From Rhodothermales bacterium (GTDB taxonomy: Bacteria; Bacteroidota; Rhodothermia; Rhodothermales; JAHQVL01): DNA of 64,000 bases. The translations under genes and the position numbers were made by a program. Under the pieces are notes generated by a model. It ran no database searches. It was not told where the DNA came from and worked only from the letters and a program-made list of their open reading frames with translations. The DNA lies in assembly GCA_041391505.1 (NCBI GenBank), contig JAWKNW010000006.1:192354-256353 (forward strand), written 5' to 3'. Shown piece by piece: positions 35,708 to 45,206 of the stretch. Position 1 is the stretch's first letter, and every line of letters begins with the position of its first letter.

Positions 35708-36883
35708 TCAGCCCTCCATCTTCTGCACCACCTCGAACTTGAGGTAGCTCGTCTCGGGCATCGCGTCGAGGACGGGATGGTCCGGGGGCTGGCATCCGTG
35801 GTGCAGGGTGCGCAGCGTCGTGCCGCTTTTTATGGCGCTGTAGCGGACGATCTTCAGGAAGTCTTTCTCGTCGATCGCGTGGGAGCAGGATGCGGTGGCG
35901 AGGATGCCTCCCGGGTTGAGTAACTGCATCGCCGTGATGTTGATCCGCTGGTAGGCGCGGGTGGCGGCCTCGAGGTGTTTGCGGCTCTTGGCGAACGCCG
36001 GCGGATCCAGCACGATCAGGTCGAACGTTCGGCCCTGTTCGCGGAGCAGATCCAGCTCGTCCAGGGCGTCGCACGCCTTGTATTCGATGCAGTGGGAGAC
36101 GTCGTTCATCTGCGCGTTGTGCGCGGCCCGGGCGAGGGCGCTCTCGGAGGTGTCGAGCCCCAGCACGGATGCGGCGCCGCCGGCGGCGGCATGCAGGCTG
36201 AATCCACCGTCGGCGCAGAATACGTCGAGCACCGAGCGGCCCCGTGCGAGCCGGCCTACAAAGGCGCGGTGCAGACGCTGGTCGATGAAGAAGCCGGTCT
36301 TGGGGCCATCGGTGACGTCGACATCAAACGCGATCCCGTTTTCACGGATGCGAATCGGGCCCTCGTACGCGCCCCGGATCACCCCCTTGCATTCCGGCAG
36401 GCCGTCCTTGCCGCGGAGCCAGGTGTCGTTGCGTTCGACGATGGCCGCCGGCTTGAGGCGCTCCTCGAGCAGGTCGAGCACGAGGTCGCGCTGCTTTTCC
36501 ATCCCGTAGCTGAGACAGCTCCACGTGAGCACGTCGCCGTAACGATCCACGATGGTGCCGGGAAAGCCGTCGCTTTCGCTAAAGATCAGGCGGTAGTGGG
36601 TGGCGTCGTGGAAAAACGACGAGCGCAGGGCGAGGGCCGCGTCGATCCGGCGGGCGAAAAAGGCCTCGTCCACCGGCGTCGCGACGTCCGTGGTTACCAG
36701 ACGCACGGCGATGAGCGACTTCGCATGATAAAATCCCTGTCCGAGAGGCCGTCCGTCGGCCGTGCGCACGTCGACGATATCGCCCGTGGCGGCTTCATCG
36801 ACGGCGTCGATCTGATTCGAGAATATCCACGGATACCCTTTAAGAACGTGTTTTTCCTGACGGGGGCGGAGCGTGACGGGCAT
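35708..36883 (-). CDS. rlmI: 23S rRNA (cytosine1962-C5)-methyltransferase RlmI-like (PUA + class I SAM MTase)
   Basis: Start at the ATG at 36883 (MPVTLRPRQEKHVLKGYPWIFSNQI, typical RlmI opening). SAM-binding LDVFCADGGFS. DLIVLDPPAF motif. Confidence 0.85.
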   Translation of the reverse strand: MPVTLRPRQEKHVLKGYPWIFSNQIDAVDEAATGDIVDVRTADGRPLGQGFYHAKSLIAVRLVTTDVATPVDEAFFARRIDAALALRSSFFHDATHYRLIFSESDGFPGTIVDRYGDVLTWSCLSYGMEKQRDLVLDLLEERLKPAAIVERNDTWLRGKDGLPECKGVIRGAYEGPIRIRENGIAFDVDVTDGPKTGFFIDQRLHRAFVGRLARGRSVLDVFCADGGFSLHAAAGGAASVLGLDTSESALARAAHNAQMNDVSHCIEYKACDALDELDLLREQGRTFDLIVLDPPAFAKSRKHLEAATRAYQRINITAMQLLNPGGILATASCSHAIDEKDFLKIVRYSAIKSGTTLRTLHHGCQPPDHPVLDAMPETSYLKFEVVQKMEG

Positions 36884-37121
36884 GAAGGTGGATGCGGGTA
36901 TGGCGGTGCATGGAGGGATGGACGCACTCAGACGTGCGACCGTGCTACGCGTTCCGCGCACGCCGGCACGAGTTATGCGCAGCGAGGGAACGCCGTCCGC
37001 CGGATTCCGTTTTACGGCATACCTCGCGAACACCCGCTTCTCGAACGATCCTGTCGACATCACCCGCGCACGGTTACAATTTTTCGATCTCATCAACGGT
37101 AGCCGGCAGGTGATCATCCCT

Positions 37122-38231
37122 ATGCCTCGTAGCATCTCGACATTGCGCGCGATCCCCATCCTCCTCGCGGTCCTTGCGCTCGCCGCACAGGGCCCGGTGT
37201 ATGCCCAGAAAACCGCCAAATACGGGGCAGACTTTCTCTCCGGCGGCGTCGGAGGACGCGCCCTCGGGATGGGCGCCGTCCATGTGGGCATCGTGCGGGA
37301 CGTCAGCGCCGTGTACTGGAATCCCGCCGGCCTCGACGGACTCGCCTATCCGGAAGTGGCGTACATGCACGCCGAACGCTTCGCCGGCATCGTGTCGTTC
37401 GACTACGCCGGCGCCGCGCTTCCCGTCAGCGCGCAATCCACCGTCGGCATCACGATCATTCGAAGCGGCGTGGACGACATCCCCAACACGCTCAACGCCT
37501 GGGACGCCGAGCGCAACCAGCCCAAGCCGAACCCGGAAAACTACATCGAACGGTTTTCGGCTGTTGACAACGCGATCATGCTCAGCTACGCGCGCCGGCT
37601 GCGTGAAGGCCTCACGGTCGGTGCGACGGGCAAGCTGATCCGCCGGAAAATCGGCGACTTCGCCGACGCATGGGGATACAGCTTCGATCTCGGCGCGCAG
37701 TACATCCGGGATCGGGTGTTCCTGGGCGTGAATCTGCAGGATATTTCGACGATGCTCCAGAGCTGGAGCGTCAACAAGGCCGAACTCGCGGCGCTGGAGG
37801 ACTTCGGGCAGGAGATTCCCAACGGCGGGACGGTGCTGGTGCTGCCCGTGCTCCGCCTCGGCGCCGGCTATGTGGCCCCGCTTCGCTCCAGCAGCCTCAC
37901 GCTGGCGTTCGATATGGACGTGGCCTTCGACGGGCAGCAGGCGTATGTGCTCAATGCCGGCGACATGTCCTTTCATCCCCGCGTCGGCGCCGAGTACCTG
38001 TTCAAGAACGTGGTGGCGCTGCGGGCCGGCATCAGCCGCATGCTCGTGTCGGACACCGTCGGAGGCATCAACCTCACGCCCAACGTCGGCGCCGGGCTCC
38101 GTCTCAACCAGTTTAACATCGATTACGGCTTCGGCGATTTCGCCGGCCTCACCGCCGACCTCGGCTTTTCCCACCGCATCGCCGCCCGACTCGTCCTCCA
38201 GCAGCCCCGGATGGCTCGGCCGGAAAAATAG
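37122..38231 (+). CDS. outer-membrane beta-barrel protein, PorV/PorQ-like
   Basis: The ATG at 37122 gives the signal peptide AIPILLAVLALAAQGPVYAQ. GGVGGRALGMGAVHVG...SAVYWNPAGL is the family-typical N-terminal strand region. Alternating beta-strand pattern throughout. Confidence 0.6.
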   Translation: MPRSISTLRAIPILLAVLALAAQGPVYAQKTAKYGADFLSGGVGGRALGMGAVHVGIVRDVSAVYWNPAGLDGLAYPEVAYMHAERFAGIVSFDYAGAALPVSAQSTVGITIIRSGVDDIPNTLNAWDAERNQPKPNPENYIERFSAVDNAIMLSYARRLREGLTVGATGKLIRRKIGDFADAWGYSFDLGAQYIRDRVFLGVNLQDISTMLQSWSVNKAELAALEDFGQEIPNGGTVLVLPVLRLGAGYVAPLRSSSLTLAFDMDVAFDGQQAYVLNAGDMSFHPRVGAEYLFKNVVALRAGISRMLVSDTVGGINLTPNVGAGLRLNQFNIDYGFGDFAGLTADLGFSHRIAARLVLQQPRMARPEK

Positions 38232-38324
38232 GTTCTACGTTCCAGGTTGCAGGTTTCAGGTTCTCGCGGTACCCGTACGGCCGCGGTTCTACCGACGTGT
38301 GTCTGGCAATTTCTCGATTATGGC

Positions 38325-39302
38325 ATGACCGCTGCCTCCTCCGACCCGTCCGCCCGCCAGTCGCTCGCCCTCGTCATTCCCGTCTACAACGAAGAAGCCG
38401 TCGTGCCCATGCTGCTGTCGGAGATCGCGGCGTTTCGGACGGCGCATCCGGATGTGACGCAGGTCGTCTTTGTGGATGACGGGAGCGAAGACCGCACGGT
38501 CGAACTGCTCCAGCAGGGGACGGCGGGCCGCGACGGGTACTGGATCGTGGGGTTCAGCCGCAATTTCGGGCATCAGCTGGCGATCACGGCCGGCCTCGGG
38601 GTTGTCCAGACCGACGCGGCGGTGATTCTCGACGCGGATCTGCAGGATCCTCTTCCTGTCGTCGCCGAGATGATGGACCGCTGGCGGGAGGGGTATGACG
38701 TCGTTTTTGCCGTCCGCGAGCGCCGGGAAGGGGAGCCGGGCCTGAAACGCTTGGCCGCGGCCGCCTTCTACCGCTTTTTTCGCTGGATGGCCGACCTCGA
38801 CATGCCGCTGGACACGGGCGATTTTCGGCTCGTCTCGCGCAAGGTGATCGACGTCTACAACCGCATCGGCGAGCAGCAGCCGTTCGTGCGCGGGATCGTA
38901 TCCTGGATCGGCTTCAACCAGATCGGCATCCCGTACGTGCGCGCCCCGCGCGCGGCGGGGCAATCGAAATACACCCTGCGCAAACTCATCAAGCTCGCGA
39001 TGAGCGGGCTGACGTCCTTCTCCGACAAGCCGCTGCGGATCTCGATCCGGCTCGGCATCGGGGTGGCGCTCCTCGCCGTGGCGGGTTTGCTCGTCGCGCT
39101 CGGGGCGGCGCTGTTCGGCGGCAAGGGGGTCACGCTGAGCGCGGTGCTCATCTTCGTGGGTTTCTTCTTCGGCGGCGTCCAGCTGCTTTTTCTGGGCGTC
39201 GTGGGGATGTACCTGCTGCGGGTGTACGAGGCCGTAAAGGGCCGGCCGCGGTACATCGTGTCGTCCGAGTGGCGGTCGGAGGGCGCCGGGGACCTCGCTT
39301 AA
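38325..39302 (+). CDS. family 2 glycosyltransferase, polyprenyl-phosphate sugar transferase type (GtrB/ArnC-like)
   Basis: LALVIPVYNEE, VVFVDDGSEDRT and ILDADLQDP motifs. Two C-terminal TM helices, as in GtrB/ArnC. Confidence 0.85.
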   Translation: MTAASSDPSARQSLALVIPVYNEEAVVPMLLSEIAAFRTAHPDVTQVVFVDDGSEDRTVELLQQGTAGRDGYWIVGFSRNFGHQLAITAGLGVVQTDAAVILDADLQDPLPVVAEMMDRWREGYDVVFAVRERREGEPGLKRLAAAAFYRFFRWMADLDMPLDTGDFRLVSRKVIDVYNRIGEQQPFVRGIVSWIGFNQIGIPYVRAPRAAGQSKYTLRKLIKLAMSGLTSFSDKPLRISIRLGIGVALLAVAGLLVALGAALFGGKGVTLSAVLIFVGFFFGGVQLLFLGVVGMYLLRVYEAVKGRPRYIVSSEWRSEGAGDLA

Positions 39303-39387
39303 CGCTACATCGAGCAGGACGCCGCCCGGCGTATCCGGGCTGTGCCGACCGCACGAAAATGATGCACACACCACCCGGTATAACCCG

Positions 39388-40440
39388 ATGACCCGGTCCG
39401 CCTACGATTTCGAACCTGCCGGCACCGTCCCGCCGCTCCGCTGGGGAGGGGACCGCGTCGCGCTGCTCGACCAGACCCGGCTGCCGGCCGAGGAAGTCTG
39501 GCTCGACCTCCGTACCCCGGAGGAGATGGCCGAGGCGATCCGGATGCTGCGCGTCCGCGGCGCGCCGGCGATCGGCATCGCGGCCGCCTACGGAGTGGTG
39601 CTGGGCGCCGGGGAGCCGGCCGCGGCCATCGCGCTGCTGCGCACGACGCGGCCGACGGCGGTGAACCTGTTCTGGGCGCTCGACCGGATGGCCGCCGTGG
39701 TGGCGCGGCACGCCGGCGACGAGGCGGATGCGCTCCGCGGGGCGCTGCTGGCCGAGGCCCTGGCCATCCATGCGGAGGACCTCGACGCGGGCCGGCGACT
39801 CGGCGAATTCGGGCTCACGCTGTTTCGCGACGGCATGCGGGTGATGACGCACTGCCACGCCGGCGGCGTCGCGACGTCCGGTTACGGGACGGCGCTGGCG
39901 CCGCTGCTGATGTCGCGCTCGGCCGGCGTGCGGCTGACGGCCGTCGTCAATGAAACGAGGCCGTTATTGCAAGGGAGCCGCATCACGGCGTGGGAGCTGC
40001 AGCGAGCCGGCGTGCCGGTGACGCTCATCACCGACTCGATGGCCGCCCACGCCATGCGGCGGGGGATGGTCGACGCCGTGATCGTCGGGGCGGACCGCAT
40101 CGCGGCGAACGGCGATACGGCGAACAAGATCGGCACCTACGCGCTCGCCGTGCTGGCTCGGGCGCACGATCTCCCGTTTTATGTCTCCGCGCCGCGTTCG
40201 ACGATCGATCCCGTGACGGGGGACGGGGGAATGATTCCGATCGAGGAGCGGTCCAAGGAAGAAATAACCCGCGGCTTTGGCCGGCAGACGGCGCCCGACG
40301 GGATCGGGGTGTTCAATCCGGCGTTCGATGTGACGCCGGCGTCGCTGATTGCCGCCATCGTCACCGAAGTGGGCATCTTGCGGCCCCCGTTCGGGCCGGC
40401 GATCGCCGAAATCCTGGCCGAAGGGGCTGTAAGGCACTAA
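39388..40440 (+). CDS. mtnA: S-methyl-5-thioribose-1-phosphate isomerase
   Basis: 350-aa ORF. eIF-2B alpha/beta/delta-like fold. LRVRGAPAIG, TRPTAVNL and VIVGADRIAANGDTANKIGTY motifs. Confidence 0.85.
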   Translation: MTRSAYDFEPAGTVPPLRWGGDRVALLDQTRLPAEEVWLDLRTPEEMAEAIRMLRVRGAPAIGIAAAYGVVLGAGEPAAAIALLRTTRPTAVNLFWALDRMAAVVARHAGDEADALRGALLAEALAIHAEDLDAGRRLGEFGLTLFRDGMRVMTHCHAGGVATSGYGTALAPLLMSRSAGVRLTAVVNETRPLLQGSRITAWELQRAGVPVTLITDSMAAHAMRRGMVDAVIVGADRIAANGDTANKIGTYALAVLARAHDLPFYVSAPRSTIDPVTGDGGMIPIEERSKEEITRGFGRQTAPDGIGVFNPAFDVTPASLIAAIVTEVGILRPPFGPAIAEILAEGAVRH

Positions 40441-40618
40441 ATGCCGCCCCGTGGCGTTTTATCCGCACATCGGTCGACGACGGCGCGGGATGCCCCGGCC
40501 GCCCGCCTTCGAGCCGCTCGAACGACAGCGTGCACGGTTTTTGCCATTATGAACCGAAAGCGCTACACTACACCCGGTGCCTCGGCGCACCGGTTGACAC
40601 CGAACTTCCTGAATCCGC

Positions 40619-41377
40619 ATGAAACAGAATGACTGGTTCGGCCTGCTCGCGAGCCTGGGCCTGCACCTCATCCTGCTGATCCTGTTTTATTTTGTCCGGA
40701 CCGATCCCATCGTTCCGGAGCAGCTGGGTTTTATCCAGGTGGAGTTCGGTTCGTTTTCGGAAGGGCGGCCCGTGCAGAAAACGCCGCAGCCCGTGCCGGC
40801 GCAGAAGCAGCCGACGCCCGAACCCGAACAGCAAATCGAGGAACGCCCCGCGCCCAGCGACCCCGAGGTATCCAAGCCGGTAGACCTCCCCGATCAAGCG
40901 CAGCCCATCGTCGACGAACAGACAGTTTCGGCGCCGGAGACCGAGGTCGAGGCCATCAAACCGGAAGATCCGAAGGACGACAAGAAGATTGAGGAGGAGG
41001 AGAAGCCACAGCCGAAGCCCCTGCGACCGCTCGGTAGCGGATCGGTGGACGGCAACGCCGGCGCCGATTCCGGCGACGACGGCGAGGGCACCGAGGAAGA
41101 CAAGGCCGCACCGTACCAGATCGAAGGCCTGAACCGCACGCCGCTCGTCACGGCCCTGCCCCAGTATGTCGAAAAGGTCAATGTCACGATCCGCATCCGG
41201 ATCACCGTGAGCCCCAATGGCGAGATCATCCGCCGGGTGCCGCTGCTCAAGGGCAACCCGCGTCTGGAGCAATCGGCCATGGAGGCGCTGACGCGCTGGC
41301 GTTTTAACCCGCTGCCGGCGAATGTCCCCCAGGAAAATCAGGTCGGGGTCATCACGTTCCAGTTCCGGCTCGAATAG
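40619..41377 (+). CDS. TonB-family energy transducer
   Basis: N-terminal TM LLASLGLHLILLILFYF. Pro/Glu/Lys-rich spacer. C-terminal TonB_C-like domain (ITVSPNGEI...NPRLEQSAMEALTRWRFNP). Confidence 0.75.
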   Translation: MKQNDWFGLLASLGLHLILLILFYFVRTDPIVPEQLGFIQVEFGSFSEGRPVQKTPQPVPAQKQPTPEPEQQIEERPAPSDPEVSKPVDLPDQAQPIVDEQTVSAPETEVEAIKPEDPKDDKKIEEEEKPQPKPLRPLGSGSVDGNAGADSGDDGEGTEEDKAAPYQIEGLNRTPLVTALPQYVEKVNVTIRIRITVSPNGEIIRRVPLLKGNPRLEQSAMEALTRWRFNPLPANVPQENQVGVITFQFRLE

Positions 41378-41429
41378 CCGGCTGCTGGGATCACCTTTCT
41401 GGTCGTACGAAGCCGAGCCCTGATGTCTC

Positions 41430-42857
41430 GTGACGCGCAAGGCTGAATTCATCGCACTCCTGCTCGCCGACGCCACCGCGGTGTGTCTCGCGTCGGCGTT
41501 CTACTACCTCGCGCGTTTTCAGTGGGGGTGGTTTGATGTCCCGCAGGTCTACCCCGAACCCATCCCCGTCGTCGTCGCCCTGGCGGCGTACTGGCTGCTC
41601 GTTTTCTTCTTTTTCGGGATGTACCGGGAGCGGTACGCCTCCAGCCGGTTCGACGAACTCGTCTCGTTGATGAAGGTCGTGTCGGTCGGGATCCTGGTGC
41701 TCGTTTTCGCCATCTTTATCGATATCCTCCAGCCCGGATCGACGCGCGCGCTCATCTTCTATTACTGGCTCGACGTCTTTCTGCTGGTGGCGCTCGGGCG
41801 GACGCTGGTCCGCACCGTCCAGAAGGTGCTCATCCTCAGCGGCTACGGCACGCACAAGGCGCTGATCGTGGGCTGGAGCGATCGGGTCGAGCAGTTGCAT
41901 GAGGATATCGCGCGGTACCCGGCCGCCGGCCTCAACGTCGTCGGGGCGCTCCGGATCGGCCAGCGCGAAAACCGGCTTCACCGCGCGCTCGCGGGCCACG
42001 GTCAGGAGGAGGACGACGAACCGGTGGTCGAAAGCTTCCAGGACATCGAAATGCTGCCCGACCTCATCGACGAACTCGACGTGCAGGACGTCCTCATCGC
42101 CATCGGGGCCGACGATCAGCAATCCCTCGTCGAGGTGCTCCGCCTCTGCGACGGCAAGCCGGTATCCCTCAAGCTCGTCCCGGATTTTTATTCCGTCCTC
42201 GGCGGCATGGCGCGGACGGAGCATTTGTACGGGCTGCCGCTCATCGAAGTGCTCCCGGAGCCGATGCAGCCCTGGGAGGAGAGCACCAAGCGCATCATCG
42301 ATGTCGTGGTGTCGCTCCTGGTCCTCGTGCTGGGGCTTCCGTTCTGGGTTCTGCTTATCGCCCTGATTCGCCTTACCTCCAAGGGGCCGGCGATTTACCG
42401 GCAGCAGCGCGTCGGGCTCCACGGGCGCGTGTTCACGATGTACAAGTTCCGGACGATGCGCCGGGACGCCGAAGCCGCCACCGGACCCGTCTGGGCGAGC
42501 GAAGACGATCCCCGGTACACGCCGCTCGGCCGCTGGCTCCGCAAGACGCGGCTCGATGAGGTCCCGCAGTTTTTTAATGTGCTCAAGGGCGAGATGAGCC
42601 TGGTGGGCCCCCGCCCCGAGCGTCCGTATTTTGTGGATCGGCTCTCGCACGAGATCCCGCTCTACAACCGGCGCTCCCGCGTCAAGCCAGGCATCACCGG
42701 CTGGGCGCAGGTCATCTGGCGGTACGACGCGAGCCTGTCCGATGTGAAACAGAAGGTCAAGTACGATCTTTTCTACATCGCCAACATGAGCCTCCGGATG
42801 GACTTCAAGATCCTCTTCATGACGATCAAAACGGCGTTCCTGGGTAAAGGACGGTGA
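41430..42857 (+). CDS. exopolysaccharide polyprenyl glycosylphosphotransferase (WbaP/bacterial sugar transferase family)
   Basis: 475-aa ORF. N-terminal TM helices. C-terminal sugar transferase domain KRIIDVV...GPAIYRQQRVG...MYKFRTM...DEVPQFFNVLKGEMSLVGPRP. Confidence 0.85.
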   Translation: MTRKAEFIALLLADATAVCLASAFYYLARFQWGWFDVPQVYPEPIPVVVALAAYWLLVFFFFGMYRERYASSRFDELVSLMKVVSVGILVLVFAIFIDILQPGSTRALIFYYWLDVFLLVALGRTLVRTVQKVLILSGYGTHKALIVGWSDRVEQLHEDIARYPAAGLNVVGALRIGQRENRLHRALAGHGQEEDDEPVVESFQDIEMLPDLIDELDVQDVLIAIGADDQQSLVEVLRLCDGKPVSLKLVPDFYSVLGGMARTEHLYGLPLIEVLPEPMQPWEESTKRIIDVVVSLLVLVLGLPFWVLLIALIRLTSKGPAIYRQQRVGLHGRVFTMYKFRTMRRDAEAATGPVWASEDDPRYTPLGRWLRKTRLDEVPQFFNVLKGEMSLVGPRPERPYFVDRLSHEIPLYNRRSRVKPGITGWAQVIWRYDASLSDVKQKVKYDLFYIANMSLRMDFKILFMTIKTAFLGKGR

Positions 42858-43082
42858 GGAAGCGCGCCTTGTTGGTACATCGCACCGTTTGCATCCCGCT
42901 AGGTTTATGCTGACGTGCGAAACGTGGCTCAAGCGAGGCGGAACGCGTCAAGGCTGTGGCGTTTGATAGGTGTGGGCGAGCAGGCGCGGGTTCGATTCAG
43001 GTCCTGCGCATCCGAATCCAGAGGGGAGAAGGTTCATGAATGAGCAGACACAAACGGCGCGAAGCGTGAGGTCGCGTTAACT

Positions 43083-45074
43083 ATGCAAGCGGATGAGATC
43101 GAAAAGGCCCGGAGCGTCGAAGATGCCCGCGCGCAGTATCGGGCGTTGTTGCTTCCTCGGGTGATCGAGGAAAAGATGCTTCGGCTGATTCGTCAGGGCC
43201 GGCTGTCCAAGTGGTTCAGCGGATACGGCCAGGAAGCGATCGCCGTCGGTTGTACGCTCGCGCTGGAGGAGCGGGATTACATCCTGCCGATGCATCGCAA
43301 CCTCGGGGTCTGGACGACGCGCGGGCTCCCGCTGGAATCGCTGTTCTGCCAGCTCATGGGCAAGGCCGGCGGCTACACGCAGGGGCGCGACCGCACGTTT
43401 CATTTCGGCGTACCGGAAAAAAGACTGGTGGGGATGATCTCTCATCTCGCCGCGATGCTTCCGGTGGCCTGCGGTCTCGGCCTGGCGAGCCAGCTCGCGG
43501 CCGAGGAATACGTGGCGCTGGCCTTCATCGGGGAAGGCGCGTCGCGCGAGGGCGACTTTCACGAGGCCGTGAACCTGGCGTCGGTGTGGAAGCTGCCGGT
43601 CATCTTCGTCGTCGAGAACAACCAGTACGGCCTGTCCACGCCCACCGCCGACGTCATGGCCGGCAAGGACTTCGCCTCCGCGGCGGCCGGCTACGGCCTG
43701 CCGGGCATCGTGGTGGACGGCAACGACCTGCCGGCCGTGATGAGCCAGGTGGGGCAGGCGGCGGAGCGCGGACGCGCCGGCGAGGGGCCGACGCTCCTCG
43801 AGATGGTCACCTTCCGCATGCGCGGCCATGAGGAGGCATCCGGCACCAAATACGTGCCGCCCGAACTCATGACGCACTGGGCCAAGAAGGATCCCGTCGC
43901 GCGCTTCGAGCGCCGGCTGCTCAGGGCCAGGCAGCTGACGAAGGACGAGATGGCGGCGATCCGCAAGGAACTGGAAACGCGTGTTGAAGCCGCCGCCGAG
44001 TTCGCGCTGGCGCAGCCCGAGCAGGTGAGCGCCGTGGAGCGCGAAGTGGGCGATGTGTACGCGCCGGCGCCTCCCGTACCCGCAGCCGCCGGGGGAGCGC
44101 AGGAGACGCTGCGTTTTGTCGACGCCGTGCGGCGAGGCCTGTGGGAAGCCATGGAGGCCGACGATCGCCTGGTGCTGATGGGGCAGGACATCGCCGAATA
44201 CGGCGGCGTGTTCAAGGTGACGGAGGGGTTCGTCGAGCGGTTCGGCAAGGCGCGCGTGCGCAACACCCCGATCATCGAGAGCGGCGCGATCGGAGCCGCG
44301 CTGGGGCTCTCGCTGGCCGGCTACCGCCCGGTGGTGGAGATGCAGTACGCCGACTTCATCAGCTGCGGCTTCAACCAGATCGTCAACAACCTGGCGACGA
44401 CGCACTACCGGTGGGGCGCCCCGGTCCCCGTCACGATCCGCGCGCCGTTTGGCGGCGGCATCGGCGCCGGCCCGTTTCATTCGCAGTCGCTCGAAGCCTG
44501 GTTCACCCACGTTCCGGGGCTGAAGGTCGTGATTCCGGCGACGCCGGCGGATGCCCGGGGTTTGTTGCGGTCGGCCATCGACGACCCCAATCCGGTGCTG
44601 TACCTCGAGCATAAATTGCTCTATCGCTCGCTCAAGGCGGAGATGCCGGCGGAGCCGCACTGGGAGCCGCTGGGGAAGGCGCGCATCGCGCGTGAAGGCC
44701 GCGACGCCACCATCGTGACGTACGGCGTGGGTGTGCACTGGGCCCTGGAAGCGGCGTCCGCGGCCGAGCGGAACGGCCATGCCATCGAGGTGATCGATCT
44801 GCGGACGCTCGTGCCGTGGGACCGGGAGACGGTGCTGGCCTCCGTGCGCAAAACGAATCGCGTGCTGGTGCTCCACGAGGCCGGCCTGACCGGCGGGTTC
44901 GGGGGCGAACTCTGCGCCACCATCGCCCAGGAAGCCTTCACCTTCCTCGACGCCCCGCCGATGCGCGTCGGATCGCTCGACACGCCGATTCCGTTCTCAA
45001 CCCAGCTCGAAAAAGAGCTGTACAGCGCGAAAGCCAGACTGCCGGAGGCCCTGGATCTTCTGCTGCGATTCTGA
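43083..45074 (+). CDS. fused 2-oxoacid dehydrogenase E1 component, alpha + beta subunits
   Basis: 663-aa ORF. The alpha half carries the TPP motif GEGASREGDFHEAVNLASVWKLPVIFVVENNQYG. The beta half carries MGQDIAEYGGVFKVT and the C-terminal transketolase-like domain. Confidence 0.85.
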   Translation: MQADEIEKARSVEDARAQYRALLLPRVIEEKMLRLIRQGRLSKWFSGYGQEAIAVGCTLALEERDYILPMHRNLGVWTTRGLPLESLFCQLMGKAGGYTQGRDRTFHFGVPEKRLVGMISHLAAMLPVACGLGLASQLAAEEYVALAFIGEGASREGDFHEAVNLASVWKLPVIFVVENNQYGLSTPTADVMAGKDFASAAAGYGLPGIVVDGNDLPAVMSQVGQAAERGRAGEGPTLLEMVTFRMRGHEEASGTKYVPPELMTHWAKKDPVARFERRLLRARQLTKDEMAAIRKELETRVEAAAEFALAQPEQVSAVEREVGDVYAPAPPVPAAAGGAQETLRFVDAVRRGLWEAMEADDRLVLMGQDIAEYGGVFKVTEGFVERFGKARVRNTPIIESGAIGAALGLSLAGYRPVVEMQYADFISCGFNQIVNNLATTHYRWGAPVPVTIRAPFGGGIGAGPFHSQSLEAWFTHVPGLKVVIPATPADARGLLRSAIDDPNPVLYLEHKLLYRSLKAEMPAEPHWEPLGKARIAREGRDATIVTYGVGVHWALEAASAAERNGHAIEVIDLRTLVPWDRETVLASVRKTNRVLVLHEAGLTGGFGGELCATIAQEAFTFLDAPPMRVGSLDTPIPFSTQLEKELYSAKARLPEALDLLLRF

Positions 45075-45206
45075 ATCGATCCGGTCTGTTTCCGCGATGC
45101 TAAGAATGTTAAAAATCCCGCTCCGGCGCGGGGCGGCAGGTCATCCAGCTACGGGTTCAGTACCTTGCCCGCGCTATTGTTTGGCTATCTGGTCTTAGCG
45201 AGGGAT

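Noticed and set aside
36873-37121. Upstream extensions of several ORF-track entries (36873 for the PorV-like gene, 38247 for GT2, 46625 for the lipoprotein, 52094 for FMN_bind, 55410 for bcp, 63840 for GH3, 24690 for the transglutaminase, 36074 for NUDIX, 37291 for rlmI)
   Set aside because: In each case an internal ATG immediately precedes a signal peptide, lipobox or family-typical N-terminus. The upstream part either overlaps a neighbouring gene or is low-complexity, so the shorter coordinates were used.
42981-43020. tRNA-like T-arm string GGGTTCGATTC ... CCGAATCC in the E1 leader
   Set aside because: I could build no acceptor, D or anticodon stems around it, and the flanks of the GTTCGAT loop are not complementary. 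It is not a tRNA or tmRNA.
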